A stretch of DNA of 63,748 bases, filler included, from Octopus bimaculoides (lineage: Eukaryota): assembly GCF_001194135.2 (NCBI RefSeq). It is 6 parts of 5 records of this genome, joined end to end, with 100 filler letters (N's around TTAATTAATTAA, not from the genome) between each part and the next. Parts side by side here need not be neighbours in the genome. Positions count along the whole stretch, not along the records: positions 1 to 21,423 come from NC_068986.1; 5 more parts are not named here. One strand, written 5' to 3'. The notes under the pieces were generated by a model. That model saw only the letters and a list, made by a program, of their open reading frames with translations. It was not told the origin of the DNA and made no database searches. The translations under genes and the position numbers were made by a program. Each line of letters starts with the position of its first letter. The first letter of the stretch is position 1. Shown here piece after piece: positions 1 to 11,389 of the stretch.

Positions 1-83
<83 letters not shown>

Positions 84-94
84 TAATAATAATA
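1..94. repeat. (AAT)n microsatellite
   Basis: Near-perfect AAT trinucleotide run at the window start. Confidence 0.98.
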
Positions 95-532
95 AAAGTC
101 ATAGAGGCGAGATGACCAGATATCGTGATCATCCATAAAGATGAAAAAGAAGCAAAGATAATAGATGTTGCAATACCAGGCGATTCGAGGGTGAAATGTA
201 AGGAAACAAAAAAGATTGAGAAATACCAGCCACTACTGGACGAGAGTGGAAAGTTATGGGGCATGAGGAAAGTAATGGTGACACCGGTGGTAACTGGAGC
301 ATTAGGAACAGTTTACAAGGGCTTTGAAAAACGTATTAAGAATATTGGAGCTGCTGTCAGGCTCGAAGTGATCCAGAAGACAGCCTTGTTGCGTACAGCA
401 CCGCATTCTAAGGAAAGTATTGTCTCTTTGAGTCACAGGAGAAGGTACTACTTGAAACCTTTGGTGATCTTTTATTGCCTGCATTCAAGTAAAGAATAAC
501 CGGTAATAAAGAACTATCCGAGAATCTTTCAG
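95..532 (+). mobile_element. 5'-truncated R4/Dong-like non-LTR retrotransposon (restriction-like endonuclease C-terminus plus 3' UTR), decayed
   Basis: Translates KVIEAR*PDIVIIHKDEKEAKIIDVAIPGD..KETKKIEKY..LWGMRKVMVTPVVTGALG..VIQKTALLRTA, the PD..D..K RLE signature and KTALLGTA terminus typical of R4/Dong-clade LINEs. The TGA stop in R*PD fits CpG decay of CGA. Flanked by (AAT)n on both sides. Confidence 0.85.
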
Positions 533-542
533 AATAATGATG

Positions 543-610
<68 letters not shown>
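533..610. repeat. (AAT)n microsatellite
   Basis: AAT run directly after the Dong-like 3' end. Confidence 0.97.
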
Positions 611-613
<3 letters not shown>

Positions 614-700
614 CCTTTCCATTATAGGTACAAGGCCTGAAATTTTGGTGGGAGGGGGCTAATCGATTACATTGACCCCAATGCTCAATTGGTACCTACT
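611..700 (-). mobile_element. SINE family S1, 3' fragment with tail A
   Basis: ccctttccattataggtacaaggcctgaaattttgg..tcgattacattgaccccaatgc matches the tail of the S1 copies at 22803 and 55373. Confidence 0.85.
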
Positions 701-813
701 GGATCGTAGGAGGCATGAGCTTCTGCGTTGTTTCGCGTTGTCAGGTATAAACACCAAATTCATCGAATATATAGAACATACCTATCCCAGTACTTATATA
801 TATATATATATAT

Positions 814-973
814 GGGAGAATTTACGAAAAAAACAACAGACGAAGACAGGTGTTGTAAACAGCAAATGGATGTATTAGTATAACGCTCAGAAACAGAGAA
901 AGTCTTAACGTTTCGAGCCTACGCTCTTCAACAGAAAGGAACACAGAAAGAAACAAGGAGAGAAACAAGGAGA
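814..973 (-). mobile_element. Penelope-pLTR-like non-coding element with a hammerhead-like motif, next to (TA)n
   Basis: Homologous to 32028-32231. Minus strand reads ttt-CTGTTGA-A-GAGC-GTAG-GCTC-GAAAC-GTT-aag at about 904-938. Confidence 0.65.
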
Positions 974-1547
974 TATATTTTTGATATAGGTAGGTAAGGT
1001 AAAATCCTAGCTGTTCCTATATATAAGGTTACTTTTGACAACATCCTCGACACATTCCTTATGCTTATGTCTCGGAAGCTTACCACGTAGCAACTCTCCA
1101 TAAAACAACTGTTTAGGTAAGCTCCTATCCTCCATCCTTCTAAGGTACCCAGCCCAACGCATCTGAATTCATATGAGGCGCGTCTCAGTACTGAATTTCT
1201 TGGCTCTCTGAAGACCACAGGTGACTGGGACCAAAGGTATCTGGGACCAAAAGGCGTCTGGAACTGCTATTTGCTTTTTTAAGATTCTTAGTGTGGAAAG
1301 CATTTGAAACACGAAGACCCGAATGTTGCCGCCTAAAACGAATACTCCGTAAAGACGGCTTGACTTCAATCCCAGATACTTTTCTGTCTATGAATGCTTG
1401 TAACGTCTTCAGTAAGGTTTGTTTGGCCAGGTTCAGACTTCTTAGTCAAACAAGATCTCATGACACCATTTACAAATTGAAAACACGACCTTCTTCTATA
1501 AAAATAGCAATCACCATATATATGTGTGTGTGTATGTTTATGTGTGC

Positions 1548-1548
<1 letters not shown>

Positions 1549-1617
<69 letters not shown>
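1549..1617. repeat. (TA)n microsatellite
   Basis: Perfect TA run. Confidence 0.97.
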
Positions 1618-1620
<3 letters not shown>

Positions 1621-2212
1621 TGTGTGTTCGTGTCCACCTACCTATGAATCTGACTATATCTATCTTGCGGCCTCTTTTTATCGCCTTCTTTCTTTCTCTC
1701 AATATTTCCGTTTCAGCTCCTGTTCTTTCTCTGTCTCTCTCACATTATCTCTTTTATAAACATGTTGAAATATGTATGAGATTTATATCGCCACATAATC
1801 AATCAATTTATATATAATCAATTTATATAATCATATAATCAATCTATTTCATCTCTCCGATACTCAGTAGCTATATCGAAGCAATGATGCGGCAACAATG
1901 CGGTGGTTAGACTTGTGAAAAGCACTCGACAAAATACTTCTCAGATTATTTTTTTGCAACCAATAATTCACCCTTGAATATTTCGTTATTTCTTTCAGAC
2001 ATTTTGAATCTAGGACTACATTATCTAACATGAGTTTTCTTTTTTAAGACTATGGAGTGTGGTTTAAATTAAGTTTGGTTGTTCTCTCTAACATATCGAA
2101 TGGGCGAGTGGAGACCCTCTGACAATTTACTACAACAATTCATTCTCCTGTCCACCTCATGCAGAACTGACATCGCGGTTACTTACTCTGCAAGCTGCAC
2201 CAGCTCTACATT

Positions 2213-2606
2213 TGTTTGTTGGCAGTCCGTCGCTTACGACGAGGAGGGTTCCAGTTGATCCGATCAACGGAACAGCCTGCTCGTGAAATTAACGTGCAAG
2301 TGGCTGAGCACTCCACAGACACCACAGACACGTGTACCCTTAACATAGTTCTCGGGGATATTCAGCGTGACACAGTGTGACAAGGCTGACCCTTTGAATT
2401 ACAGGCATGACAGAAACAGGAAGAAAGAGTGAGAGAAAGTTGTGGTGGAAGAGTACAGCAGGGTTCGCCACCATCCCCTGCCGGAGCCTCGTGGATTTTT
2501 AGGTGTTTTCGCTCAATAAACACTCACAACGCCCGGTCTGGGAATCGAAACCGCGATCCTATGACCGCGAGTCCGCTGCCCTAACCACTGGGCCATTGCG
2601 CCTCCA
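2213..2606 (-). mobile_element. Full-length tRNA-derived SINE family S3 with 12-bp TSD
   Basis: Minus strand starts tggaggcgcaatggcccagtggttagg (A box) and contains ggtttcgattccc (B box). It ends ..gactgccaacaaacaa. TSD cagctctacatt at 2201-2212 and 2607-2618. Confidence 0.93.
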
Positions 2607-2809
2607 CAGCTCTACATTAACCACACAGAAACCCGATTCAGCAATGAACACTTACAGTTCCCGAATCTAGTCTCCCCCTTCTTATTACCAGCACTAAATA
2701 AGAATAAATGCAACCGACAAAACGATAAACAACATATAGAGAAGATGGAACTATGAATCGCGTACAATAGCTACATAACATTTATAACTTTCATGGTAGA
2801 TATATATAT

Positions 2810-2930
<121 letters not shown>

Positions 2931-3139
2931 GGGATAAAAATCCAAATTTACAGGTAAAATCTCAATTAAATTCAATTTATTAAAAATTAAAATTAAATTA
3001 AGTTTCACAGTCTAAAATATATATATATATATTTATTGTGCTTTTACTTATTAATTTTTCTATATGTGACAGTGGATTTTCATCGATGAGTTCATGAACC
3101 TTGGTTCTTTTCCTTAAAACTATATATATATATATACAT

Positions 3140-3374
3140 ATTTCTTTATTACCCACATGGGGCTAAACATAGAGGGGACAAACAAACAAACACAGAAAAA
3201 GAGGTTAAGTCGATTATGTCGACCCCAGTGCGTAACTGGTACTTATTTAATCGACTCCGAAAGGATGAAAGGAAAAGTCGACCTCGGCGGAATTTGAACT
3301 CAGAACGTAAGGGCAGATGAAATACCGCTAAGCATTTCGCCCTGCGTGCTAACGCTTCAGCCAGCTCGCCGCCT
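3140..3374 (-). mobile_element. Full-length SINE family S1 with tail B
   Basis: Head aggcggcgagctggc.., B-box-like gagttcaaattcc, central gtcgac..tttcatccttcggagtcga domain and tail ..gtcccctctatgtttagcccc..gggtaataaagaaat. Confidence 0.92.
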
Positions 3375-4995
3375 TTAAAATGTTTAGAATATTCTTTTCT
3401 ACTCTAGGCACAAGGTCCGAAATCAGATGTAACACAAAATTAAAGATTAGTCATTAATCACGTTAGTACCTCCCAAATCTGTAGGATGAGAAATAATACT
3501 TAACAAAATCTTAACCCATACAACATCACACGTATGCAAAACGGCGGGATTCGCTCTAAGCACTCTAATTTTAATCACAGTAAGCGTATCGGTCGCCTCG
3601 GACTCCCGGTGAAGAGCACAGTCCGAGGAACCGTGCGGGTTGAAAAAACTGGGAGACGGAGCTCTGTGACATATGACAGTGCAGATAAGATAACAACGAG
3701 CATATTATATACAACACTTCTCTCTACAATAATCGTATCACATATAAAGGAAAAGGAAAAGAAAACAGAACTACACACAAACATACTTAAAATTCATACA
3801 AATGTGAAGTCCGTCCAAGTGGGATTAACAATAACGATCTATGAACTATGTTAAAGTATAGCTTGTATATATTTGGGTCCTATTTCGAGGTTTCCAACCT
3901 CTGACCAACATACCAGTAACAACTTATATGAGTTTGCTATTTCTGTCGTGGTTTTATTATGTAACGAACAATGTTATAACTATGACCAGATAATATATTC
4001 ACAGTTACATAAGGTCCTATGATAATTTGATTTATAATTTTCTAGTTAAAAGCTTCTGTAATTTAATGAGAATTGCAATTGATTCAGAATAGCTGTCTTC
4101 ACAAACGCCGAGAATCTGTCATTATTGATAATGAATGGACATTGATCTTAGTCAAAACTTCAATTGCCTAGTAGCAACTAAGATTTCAATGCGATAAGGT
4201 TTTAGATTCTACACTCAACAGAGAAGCTGCTTTCATCCCTGACTAAACGACTTAATGGAAAACGGAAGTTGAGCTATATTAATTAACGGCAAGTGAAAAC
4301 TACCCAGGGTCACACTCTGCTTGGCCACATTTGATCATTAAGCTAATGATTCTTTCTCCTCACGACAGATGTAATTTTAATCATGCACCAACAGTGATTA
4401 CAACCTCATTAAGACAATTAATTTTCTGTGTTTACACCATAAACTTGTAAAATATGGCACTTATACATAAATCTACCTATATCTGTATCAGATATCATGA
4501 GTAGAAGAATTTAGCGCTCAAAAGCTAAAGGTCACCCATGATTGAAGAGGAGAGGAGTATCATCGGCTTATCTGCCTGTTGGAATACTCATCACCGTTCA
4601 CCTTTGGCCTTCTTAGGCCAAAACTTTCAGATGAGTAACCAAAAGTAGCTGCGTAGATTTATACAAGCACCTTAAATATTGTAATGAGTTTTGTTTTAAT
4701 AAAAAAGTATGATAAACACAAGATGCAGTTTATATCAGGTGTTTTCCCTACATACGTTTCAGCTTTGTGACTATGTGCATCCACTGCAGTGGGTGTTGTA
4801 TGTCCAATTGGATGCTGAACCCAAACAGTGCTTCAGGGCAATTCTTTATTTCATTATGTTTACATTAATCATGCTGAACAGATGACAAGACATTTTATGA
4901 TACTCTTCCTGATTAGCATTAATTTCATCATATCAAGATTTACTTACCCTCGTCATATGGATCTTTCTTCCCAGTAAAATTTCTGTGACATAACA

Positions 4996-5180
4996 AGGCG
5001 GCGAGCTGGCAGAAACGTTAGCACGCCTGGCAAAATGCTTCGAAATTTCCCCAAGACACATGATCAAGGCTGGAGGGTATATCAGCCGAAACGTTGTGTC
5101 AACAACAAACAATATGAGGACAATATCCTTCAAATATAAATAATGTGCATAATTCCTCATCTCTTAAATATAGAACTGTA
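4996..5180 (+). mobile_element. Chimera: S1 SINE head (4996-5040) joined to a hammerhead-bearing PLE-like tail (5041-5180)
   Basis: aggcggcgagctggcagaaacgttagcacgcctggcaaaatgctt is followed directly by cgaaatttccccaagacacatgatcaaggctggagggtatatcagccgaaacgttgtgtc..ctcttaaatatagaact, which matches 14395-14533. Confidence 0.85.
5055..5100 (+). ncRNA. Minimal type I hammerhead ribozyme motif (PLE type, no stem III), core mutated
   Basis: Stem I GACAC/GTGTC, core ATGATCA (canonical CTGATGA), stem II GGCTG/CAGCC, then GAAAC-GTT with the ACGT palindrome. Confidence 0.6.
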
Positions 5181-5475
5181 TTATAATAGTTGAACTTGTT
5201 AAGCCTTGCCAAGCAATGGGATACTTTATATCATTAAAGGTTCACTCGCTTTGACTGTTATTCCAGGAGAGAAGGTTGCAACAAACGACAACGATGATCA
5301 GCATTTATACCTTGATATTTCTTCAATGGAAAAAGCGTGACTGAGCCAACTGGAACCCCAGTGTGTTTTATGACTACTGCTGGCTTCTTTAGAGAGACAC
5401 CTCTCGGGCAAAGTATAAAATAAAATAAAACTACAGTTTGAACTATAGTTGTGTCGTTTTAATATCATATTAATA

Positions 5476-5725
5476 TTGGGTTGGTACATAATTATTGCGG
5501 CTTTTTTCAACAAATGTTATTCAACAAAAACAGTAACAACATGTAACAAAAACACCTTTAAATGATTATTCCGGAACATATTCCCCATCTACTTCAATTA
5601 CTGCTTCCCAATTGCTTGGCAGACGGTCAGACCGTCATTTAAAGATGTTTTTGTTAAATATTGTTATTGTTTTTGTTGAATGAAATTTGTTGAAAAAAAG
5701 CCGCAGTAATTATGCACCAACCCAA
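5476..5725 (-). mobile_element. Mariner-derived MITE with about 90-bp inverted arms
   Basis: ttgggttggtacataattattgcggcttttttcaacaaat.. versus ..atttgttgaaaaaaagccgcagtaattatgcaccaacccaa, with TA on the left. The centre on the minus strand encodes RLPSNWEAVIEVDGEYVPE*, a mariner transposase C-terminus. Confidence 0.9.
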
Positions 5726-5901
5726 TGTATTTATGTAACTACATAGAACAGAAAACTTGAAGTGCATGCTACACAAAAATAAAAACTGACTAAAGAGAGA
5801 AATGTAACAAGCTTATTTGGATTCAGTATAACGATTTTCATTCTTGATGGCGACAATAATGTTTTTTTTTATTATTCAGCAGTGTGAGAATTGGTAATTA
5901 G

Positions 5902-6540
5902 CATTCCATCCATTCACCCATTTTCCTTGCCCATTATTCTTGTGAGGGTCGTGGAGTAGACTCCTCAGGTACCTCCTCCATAGGATCCTATTAGAAGTAA
6001 CCATTATTACACTTTTCGTCTGAATTCTCAAACGTCACAAACTTAGACTATGGATAATATCCAACAATCTCATTCTTAGTATACCCCTAGGTTCCCTGCA
6101 GGTTGGCTCCACTTGATGATTCCGTCTTGCGATTTTACTGTACCCTTCTAATCATGTCTGTGCAACCGGGGCTGTGACTTCTCAATACAGAGAAATAGCG
6201 ATTCGACCTGGAGAGACTCTTTGATCTCCGAGAGCTACGAATCCTATCTAGCAACATTACTCCAGAGATCCTTCAAAAGAACCCCATTTTGGCCACCTGT
6301 ATTCGCAATCGTAAACTTCCGGTAATAACCCAGCCATTATGACCATAGGTGAAGATAGGCATGAAAATCGAATCGAAGATAACCAATTTGGTTTGTTTTT
6401 TTACCAACTGTACCCTTCTGAGGATCCAGTGCTGAAGCAGGCACATTACTGTGCCAGCACCTGCAATTCAAGTACCCAGTCCAGTCTCTTGCCTCTCATC
6501 ACTCGTGAATACGGCCCGGGGATACTTCACTATTCGACAT
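5902..6540 (-). mobile_element. RTE-clade LINE 3' fragment (Rex3/Expander-like), pseudogenised
   Basis: Minus translation VKYPRAVFTSDERQETG..IFDSIFMPIFTYGHNGWVITGSLRLRIQVAKMGFF*RISGVMLLDRIRS/SEIKESLQVE..IEKSQ..EPRG matches the RTE motifs FTSDGR, LTYGHESWVMT and EMRFLRRI. The tail is (GGAT)n-like. Confidence 0.85.
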
Positions 6541-6851
6541 TAGCACTGCACTGGATATATAACATGATATGGAAAGCAAAGAGAAGATAAGCACATAACT
6601 AGAATGAGAAAGGGATTTATAGAAATATAGAAAGAATTAACAGCAGCAGCAGCAGCGCAAAGAGTTGGTGCGTCGTTTCTATGTTGGCTACTTCACAATT
6701 CTACACTGGCTCTCATCTAAATAAATCATTTAAACTACTTGAATTTATTCAAAAGACATCACCTACTGCCCTTGTTTGTAATGGTCAACGTGCAGAGTCA
6801 TTGAAATTAACCCAGCCACTTTATCCCAAACTCTCTTTCATTCTATCATTA

Positions 6852-6884
<33 letters not shown>

Positions 6885-6887
6885 CTT

Positions 6888-6926
<39 letters not shown>

Positions 6927-7577
6927 CGTGTTTCAAACAATTATTTACGCATCATACAAATTGCGAACACAATTTATCTCAGTATCGTTAGACGTCAATT
7001 TAAAGCCTAAATTATTTTCGCTTTTATAAAAGCATGATGTCAGCTGATATAGAACGTGACATTAAAAGGTGTTCACCACCAGCCGAGGGCGACTATATTG
7101 GTAACATTATACGTCTTCTACTTATGCAACTTCGTGTCGTCAATGCTTTCTTTTACCTTGCATTAGGTCTTATTGATTTTCATATGAACTATCTCTGTGT
7201 TTAGGTTTGCTTTCCTGAAGAGAAAGACTAAAAATATATCAACTAGCTTACTCTGAAAGCTACACCAACAATCTATGAGTTGCTTTAACCAGTTCCAACC
7301 GACAATCTAAAGTGAAACTAATAGCAAGCTAAGTGGTATTTCTGTATTTATCTGATATTGTAGCTGTATAATAAATACGAGCTATTTCCCTTGTAGTTAT
7401 ATTAGCGGGAGTGTATAGCATACACGAGTCTATGTCTGTTTAAATGTATATGTCTAACTGTCTAAATGCATGTGTGTGTGCGTGCGCGTGTATCAGTGAG
7501 TATATGTGTGTGTGTGTGTGTGGCCTATATTAGCAATTATGCTTATATCTATATATTTTATTTTGCATAATTGTATG

Positions 7578-7624
<47 letters not shown>

Positions 7625-7629
7625 ACAGA

Positions 7630-7665
<36 letters not shown>

Positions 7666-7756
7666 ACATATACCTTTATATTTATATATAAACTTATTTG
7701 GAAATAGATGCATAGTGTTCAATTAAATCATAGTATAAATAATATATGTGTATGTA

Positions 7757-7893
<137 letters not shown>

Positions 7894-7920
7894 GCATATA
7901 TGGGTAAAGGACGTCATCAA

Positions 7921-8197
7921 CTGTGTAAACAACATGAAGTACGAAAACGAATGAGTGAGTTAGATACGCAAACAACGAGAGAAAAAATGGAAAACTGGAC
8001 AAGTAAAAACAGAGAACGACCCTTCATCAGTTGTCGTCTGTCTATCTACTCTTCTGCTCGAAATGAGGCGTGGATGGACAGCCGACAACTGATGAAGGGT
8101 CGTTCTCTGTGTTTACATGTCCTGTTTTCCATTTTTTTCTCTAGTTGTTTGCGCGTATTTAACTCGTTTGTTTTCGTACTTCATGCTGCTTACACAG
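7921..8197. mobile_element. Foldback MITE with about 125-bp imperfect inverted arms
   Basis: 7921-8050 is the reverse complement of about 8072-8197, including a perfect 26-bp stretch agagaacgacccttcatcagttgtcg / cgacaactgatgaagggtcgttctct. No clear TSD. Confidence 0.85.
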
Positions 8198-8439
8198 ATG
8201 GATAGACAGACAGACGTATACATATATACGTATATACGTATATAAATATATACATATGAATACATCATGTTTGCAATAGTATATCTCGAAGCATATATAT
8301 AAAGCTATGAACAACATCATGTTGTTCATCGCTAATATCTAATCACCTAGGAAATAAATGAGCCGAAATATAAAATCAAAATGAAGAAATCTCATAAAAT
8401 ATTTAAAACTAGTGTATTCATAAAACTAGAGTATTCATG

Positions 8440-8800
8440 TTTTCAATAATACATAGTTATATTACATACTTCCTTTAACAATTGCAACTATGAATAAAGT
8501 TATAATGATATTGGCAGTTCTGTTCTCCTTTAACTTCCAGACGTAGTTGGACAAGGTGGCGGAATTCATTGTATCCTAATGTAAAGGAATGTGTATGCTA
8601 TGTATGCCAGGTTTAGAATGTATTGCTCCTTAGCCAGAAAGACATGTGTGTATGTTATTTTATTTATATACGCTAACGTCTTTATGAGAGAATCGTATTT
8701 CAGGGGAGAGTATTCTGCATTACTCAACATTTGCAGTAAATAAAGTTTCCTTTGGTACAAATTCCAGGACGTTTTTTCGCTCTTTAATGATATCGCGATA
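8440..8800 (-). mobile_element. Penelope-like element GIY-YIG endonuclease remnant
   Basis: Frameshifted minus-strand pieces NTF*TWHT*HTHSF, NSATLSNYVWKLKENR and CNC*RKYVI resemble the PLE GIY-YIG C-terminal pattern (TFK.R..NH..SF; NST.LS.YIW.LK; C.LC..EK..I). Confidence 0.55.
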
Positions 8801-9090
8801 ATATTGATTTTGTTGATGCCAGTTTTCTGTTCTTAACTTCTCGAAAAGTATTACAAATATCGTGTACATACATAAAAATGTATTATTGCATTGAATAAAA
8901 TATAACTAATGCATGTATTATTACATTTTAAAACAGGATGATGTCCAAAAAGTTAAACTAGTGTATTTAATATATATGTATAAATTAAATAGAATTTATC
9001 AGTTCATCCCTTTCTATATCGCTTCTATCTTTTAGATTATATTAGATCCAAAAGTTTTTCACCAAAATGTATGGCGTTTATGTACTTACG

Positions 9091-9132
<42 letters not shown>

Positions 9133-9718
9133 NNNNNNNNNNNNNNNNNNNNNNNNNNNNNNNNNNNNNNNNNNNNNNNNNNNNNNNNNNNNNNNNNNNN
9201 NNNNNNNNNNNNNNNNNNNNNNNNNNNNNNNNNNNNNNNNNNNNNNNNNNNNNNNNNNNNNNNNNNNNNNNNNNNNNNNNNNNNNNNNNNNNNNNNNNNN
9301 NNNNNNNNNNNNNNNNNNNNNNNNNNNNNNNNNNNNNNNNNNNNNNNNNNNNNNNNNNNNNNNNNNNNNNNNNNNNNNNNNNNNNNNNNNNNNNNNNNNN
9401 NNNNNNNNNNNNNNNNNNNNNNNNNNNNNNNNNNNNNNNNNNNNNNNNNNNNNNNNNNNNNNNNNNNNNNNNNNNNNNNNNNNNNNNNNNNNNNNNNNNN
9501 NNNNNNNNNNNNNNNNNNNNNNNNNNNNNNNNNNNNNNNNNNNNNNNNNNNNNNNNNNNNATATATGAAGATTCTATATTCTTCATAAATTTCAATCTAT
9601 CGAGATTTTTGAAATAGCATGACAAAATTTACCAAAACATTTTGTATTTAAAAGGAAAAGTATTACAAGATAACACATCAATCTTAGAAATTTATTAATA
9701 AACAACACTAAGATTGAT

Positions 9719-9786
9719 CATCTAACACTTACATCTAACACTTACATCTAACACTTACATCTAACACTTACATCTAACACTTACAT
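9719..9786. repeat. 13-bp minisatellite (catctaacactta) x5
   Basis: Direct tandem copies are visible. Confidence 0.95.
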
Positions 9787-9859
9787 AGATGTAAGATCCT
9801 AAATTAACGCAAAGAAAACAGTTGATCAAACTAGTTGCAAATTTTAGCACAAGACGAGT

Positions 9860-10165
9860 AGTTTCGGAGGAGAGGCTAGGTCGATTAACTCGAATCTTAG
9901 AACTCTCAACTGGTTCTTCTTTTGTCCACCCGAAAAGGATATAGAGGCAAAGTCGACTTCGGCGGAATTTGAACATTAAACGTAAAGATGAATGAAATGT
10001 CGCTAAGCATTTCGCCCGGCGTGTTAACGATTCTGCCAGGTCGCCACCTTAAAGTCGATTATATTGACCTCAGTATTTGACTGGTACTGTATTTTAGTGA
10101 CTCTGGAAGGATAGAAGCAAAGTTGATCTTGATGCGGTTGGAATTCAGAACGTAAAGTTCAGGAA
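9860..10165 (-). mobile_element. Two degenerate S1 SINE copies in tandem
   Basis: gcaaagtcgacttcggcggaatttgaac..taagcatttcgcccggcgtgttaacgattctgccagg, then a second partial copy from about 10052. Confidence 0.8.
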
Positions 10166-11389
10166 CATATTTCCCAAGACAATTTGTTAAGAAGGCTAAC
10201 GATTATGACATTTGTAAATATATATATANNNNNNNNNNNNNNNNNNNNNNNNNNNNNNNNNNNNNNNNNNNNNNNNNNNNNNNNNNNNNNNNNNNNNNNN
10301 NNNNNNNNNNNNNNNNNNNNNNNNNNNNNNNNNNNNNNNNNNNNNNNNNNNNNNNNNNNNNNNNNNNNNNNNNNNNNNNNNNNNNNNNNNNNNNNNNNNN
10401 NNNNNNNNNNNNNNNNNNNNNNNNNNNNNNNNNNNNNNNNNNNNNNNNNNNNNNNNNNNNNNNNNNNNNNNNNNNNNNNNNNNNNNNNNNNNNNNNNNNN
10501 NNNNNNNNNNNNNNNNNNNNNNNNNNNNNNNNNNNNNNNNNNNNNNNNNNNNNNNNNNNNNNNNNNNNNNNNNNNNNNNNNNNNNNNNNNNNNNNNNNNN
10601 NNNNNNNNNNNNNNNNNNNNNNNNNNNNNNNNNNNNNNNNNNNNNNNNNNNNNNNNNNNNNNNNNNNNNNNNNNNNNNNNNNNNNNNNNNNNNNNNNNNN
10701 NNNNNNNNNNNNNNNNNNNNNNNNNNNNNNNNNNNNNNNNNNNNNNNNNNNNNNNNNNNNNNNNNNNNNNNNNNNNNNNNNNNNNNNNNNNNNNNNNNNN
10801 NNNNNNNNNNNNNNNNNNNNNNNNNNNNNNNNNNNNNNNNNNNNNNNNNNNNNNNNNNNNTATATATATATATATATATATATATATGCGTGTGTGCGTA
10901 TCTGAGCGTGTGCGTGTTTTCGTGTTTGTCTCCGAACAAGTAAAATTCGAGGAGAGAAAAGCTAACAACTTCGCATCTAGTGGAAGAGCCTGCAGCATAA
11001 GTGGGAACAGAAAATTGATTTGCTAAAACAAGCATAAAAAATATCAAGAGCCGTGAATGTTGAAAGCAAATGGAAGATAGCAATATGAAGAAAATTGTCC
11101 AGCTCACTTAGCTTAAGTAGAGTCTGGATAGTGAAGGAAACATCACAGGTGGAACATGATGGAGAATGTCATAAGCAACTAATTACTTAAAATGACTTTG
11201 TCAGAAAGCGTTCATTATTATAATTACGCACCTTCGACTTACACTTACCTGTGTAGTTTAGTGTCAACTTTTGAAAGCTGAAAAATCAACCTAGAAAGCA
11301 GAATAAAACGTTGATTTCATTGGCCTATAACAGGTTCCAAAGTATTATGTGCGTGAATGGGAGTTGTTCAAAACCAGCAAATGAATTAG

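Noticed and set aside
8083-8125. CTGATGA inside the foldback MITE as a hammerhead core
   Set aside because: No stem II followed by GAAA; the heptamer alone is expected by chance.
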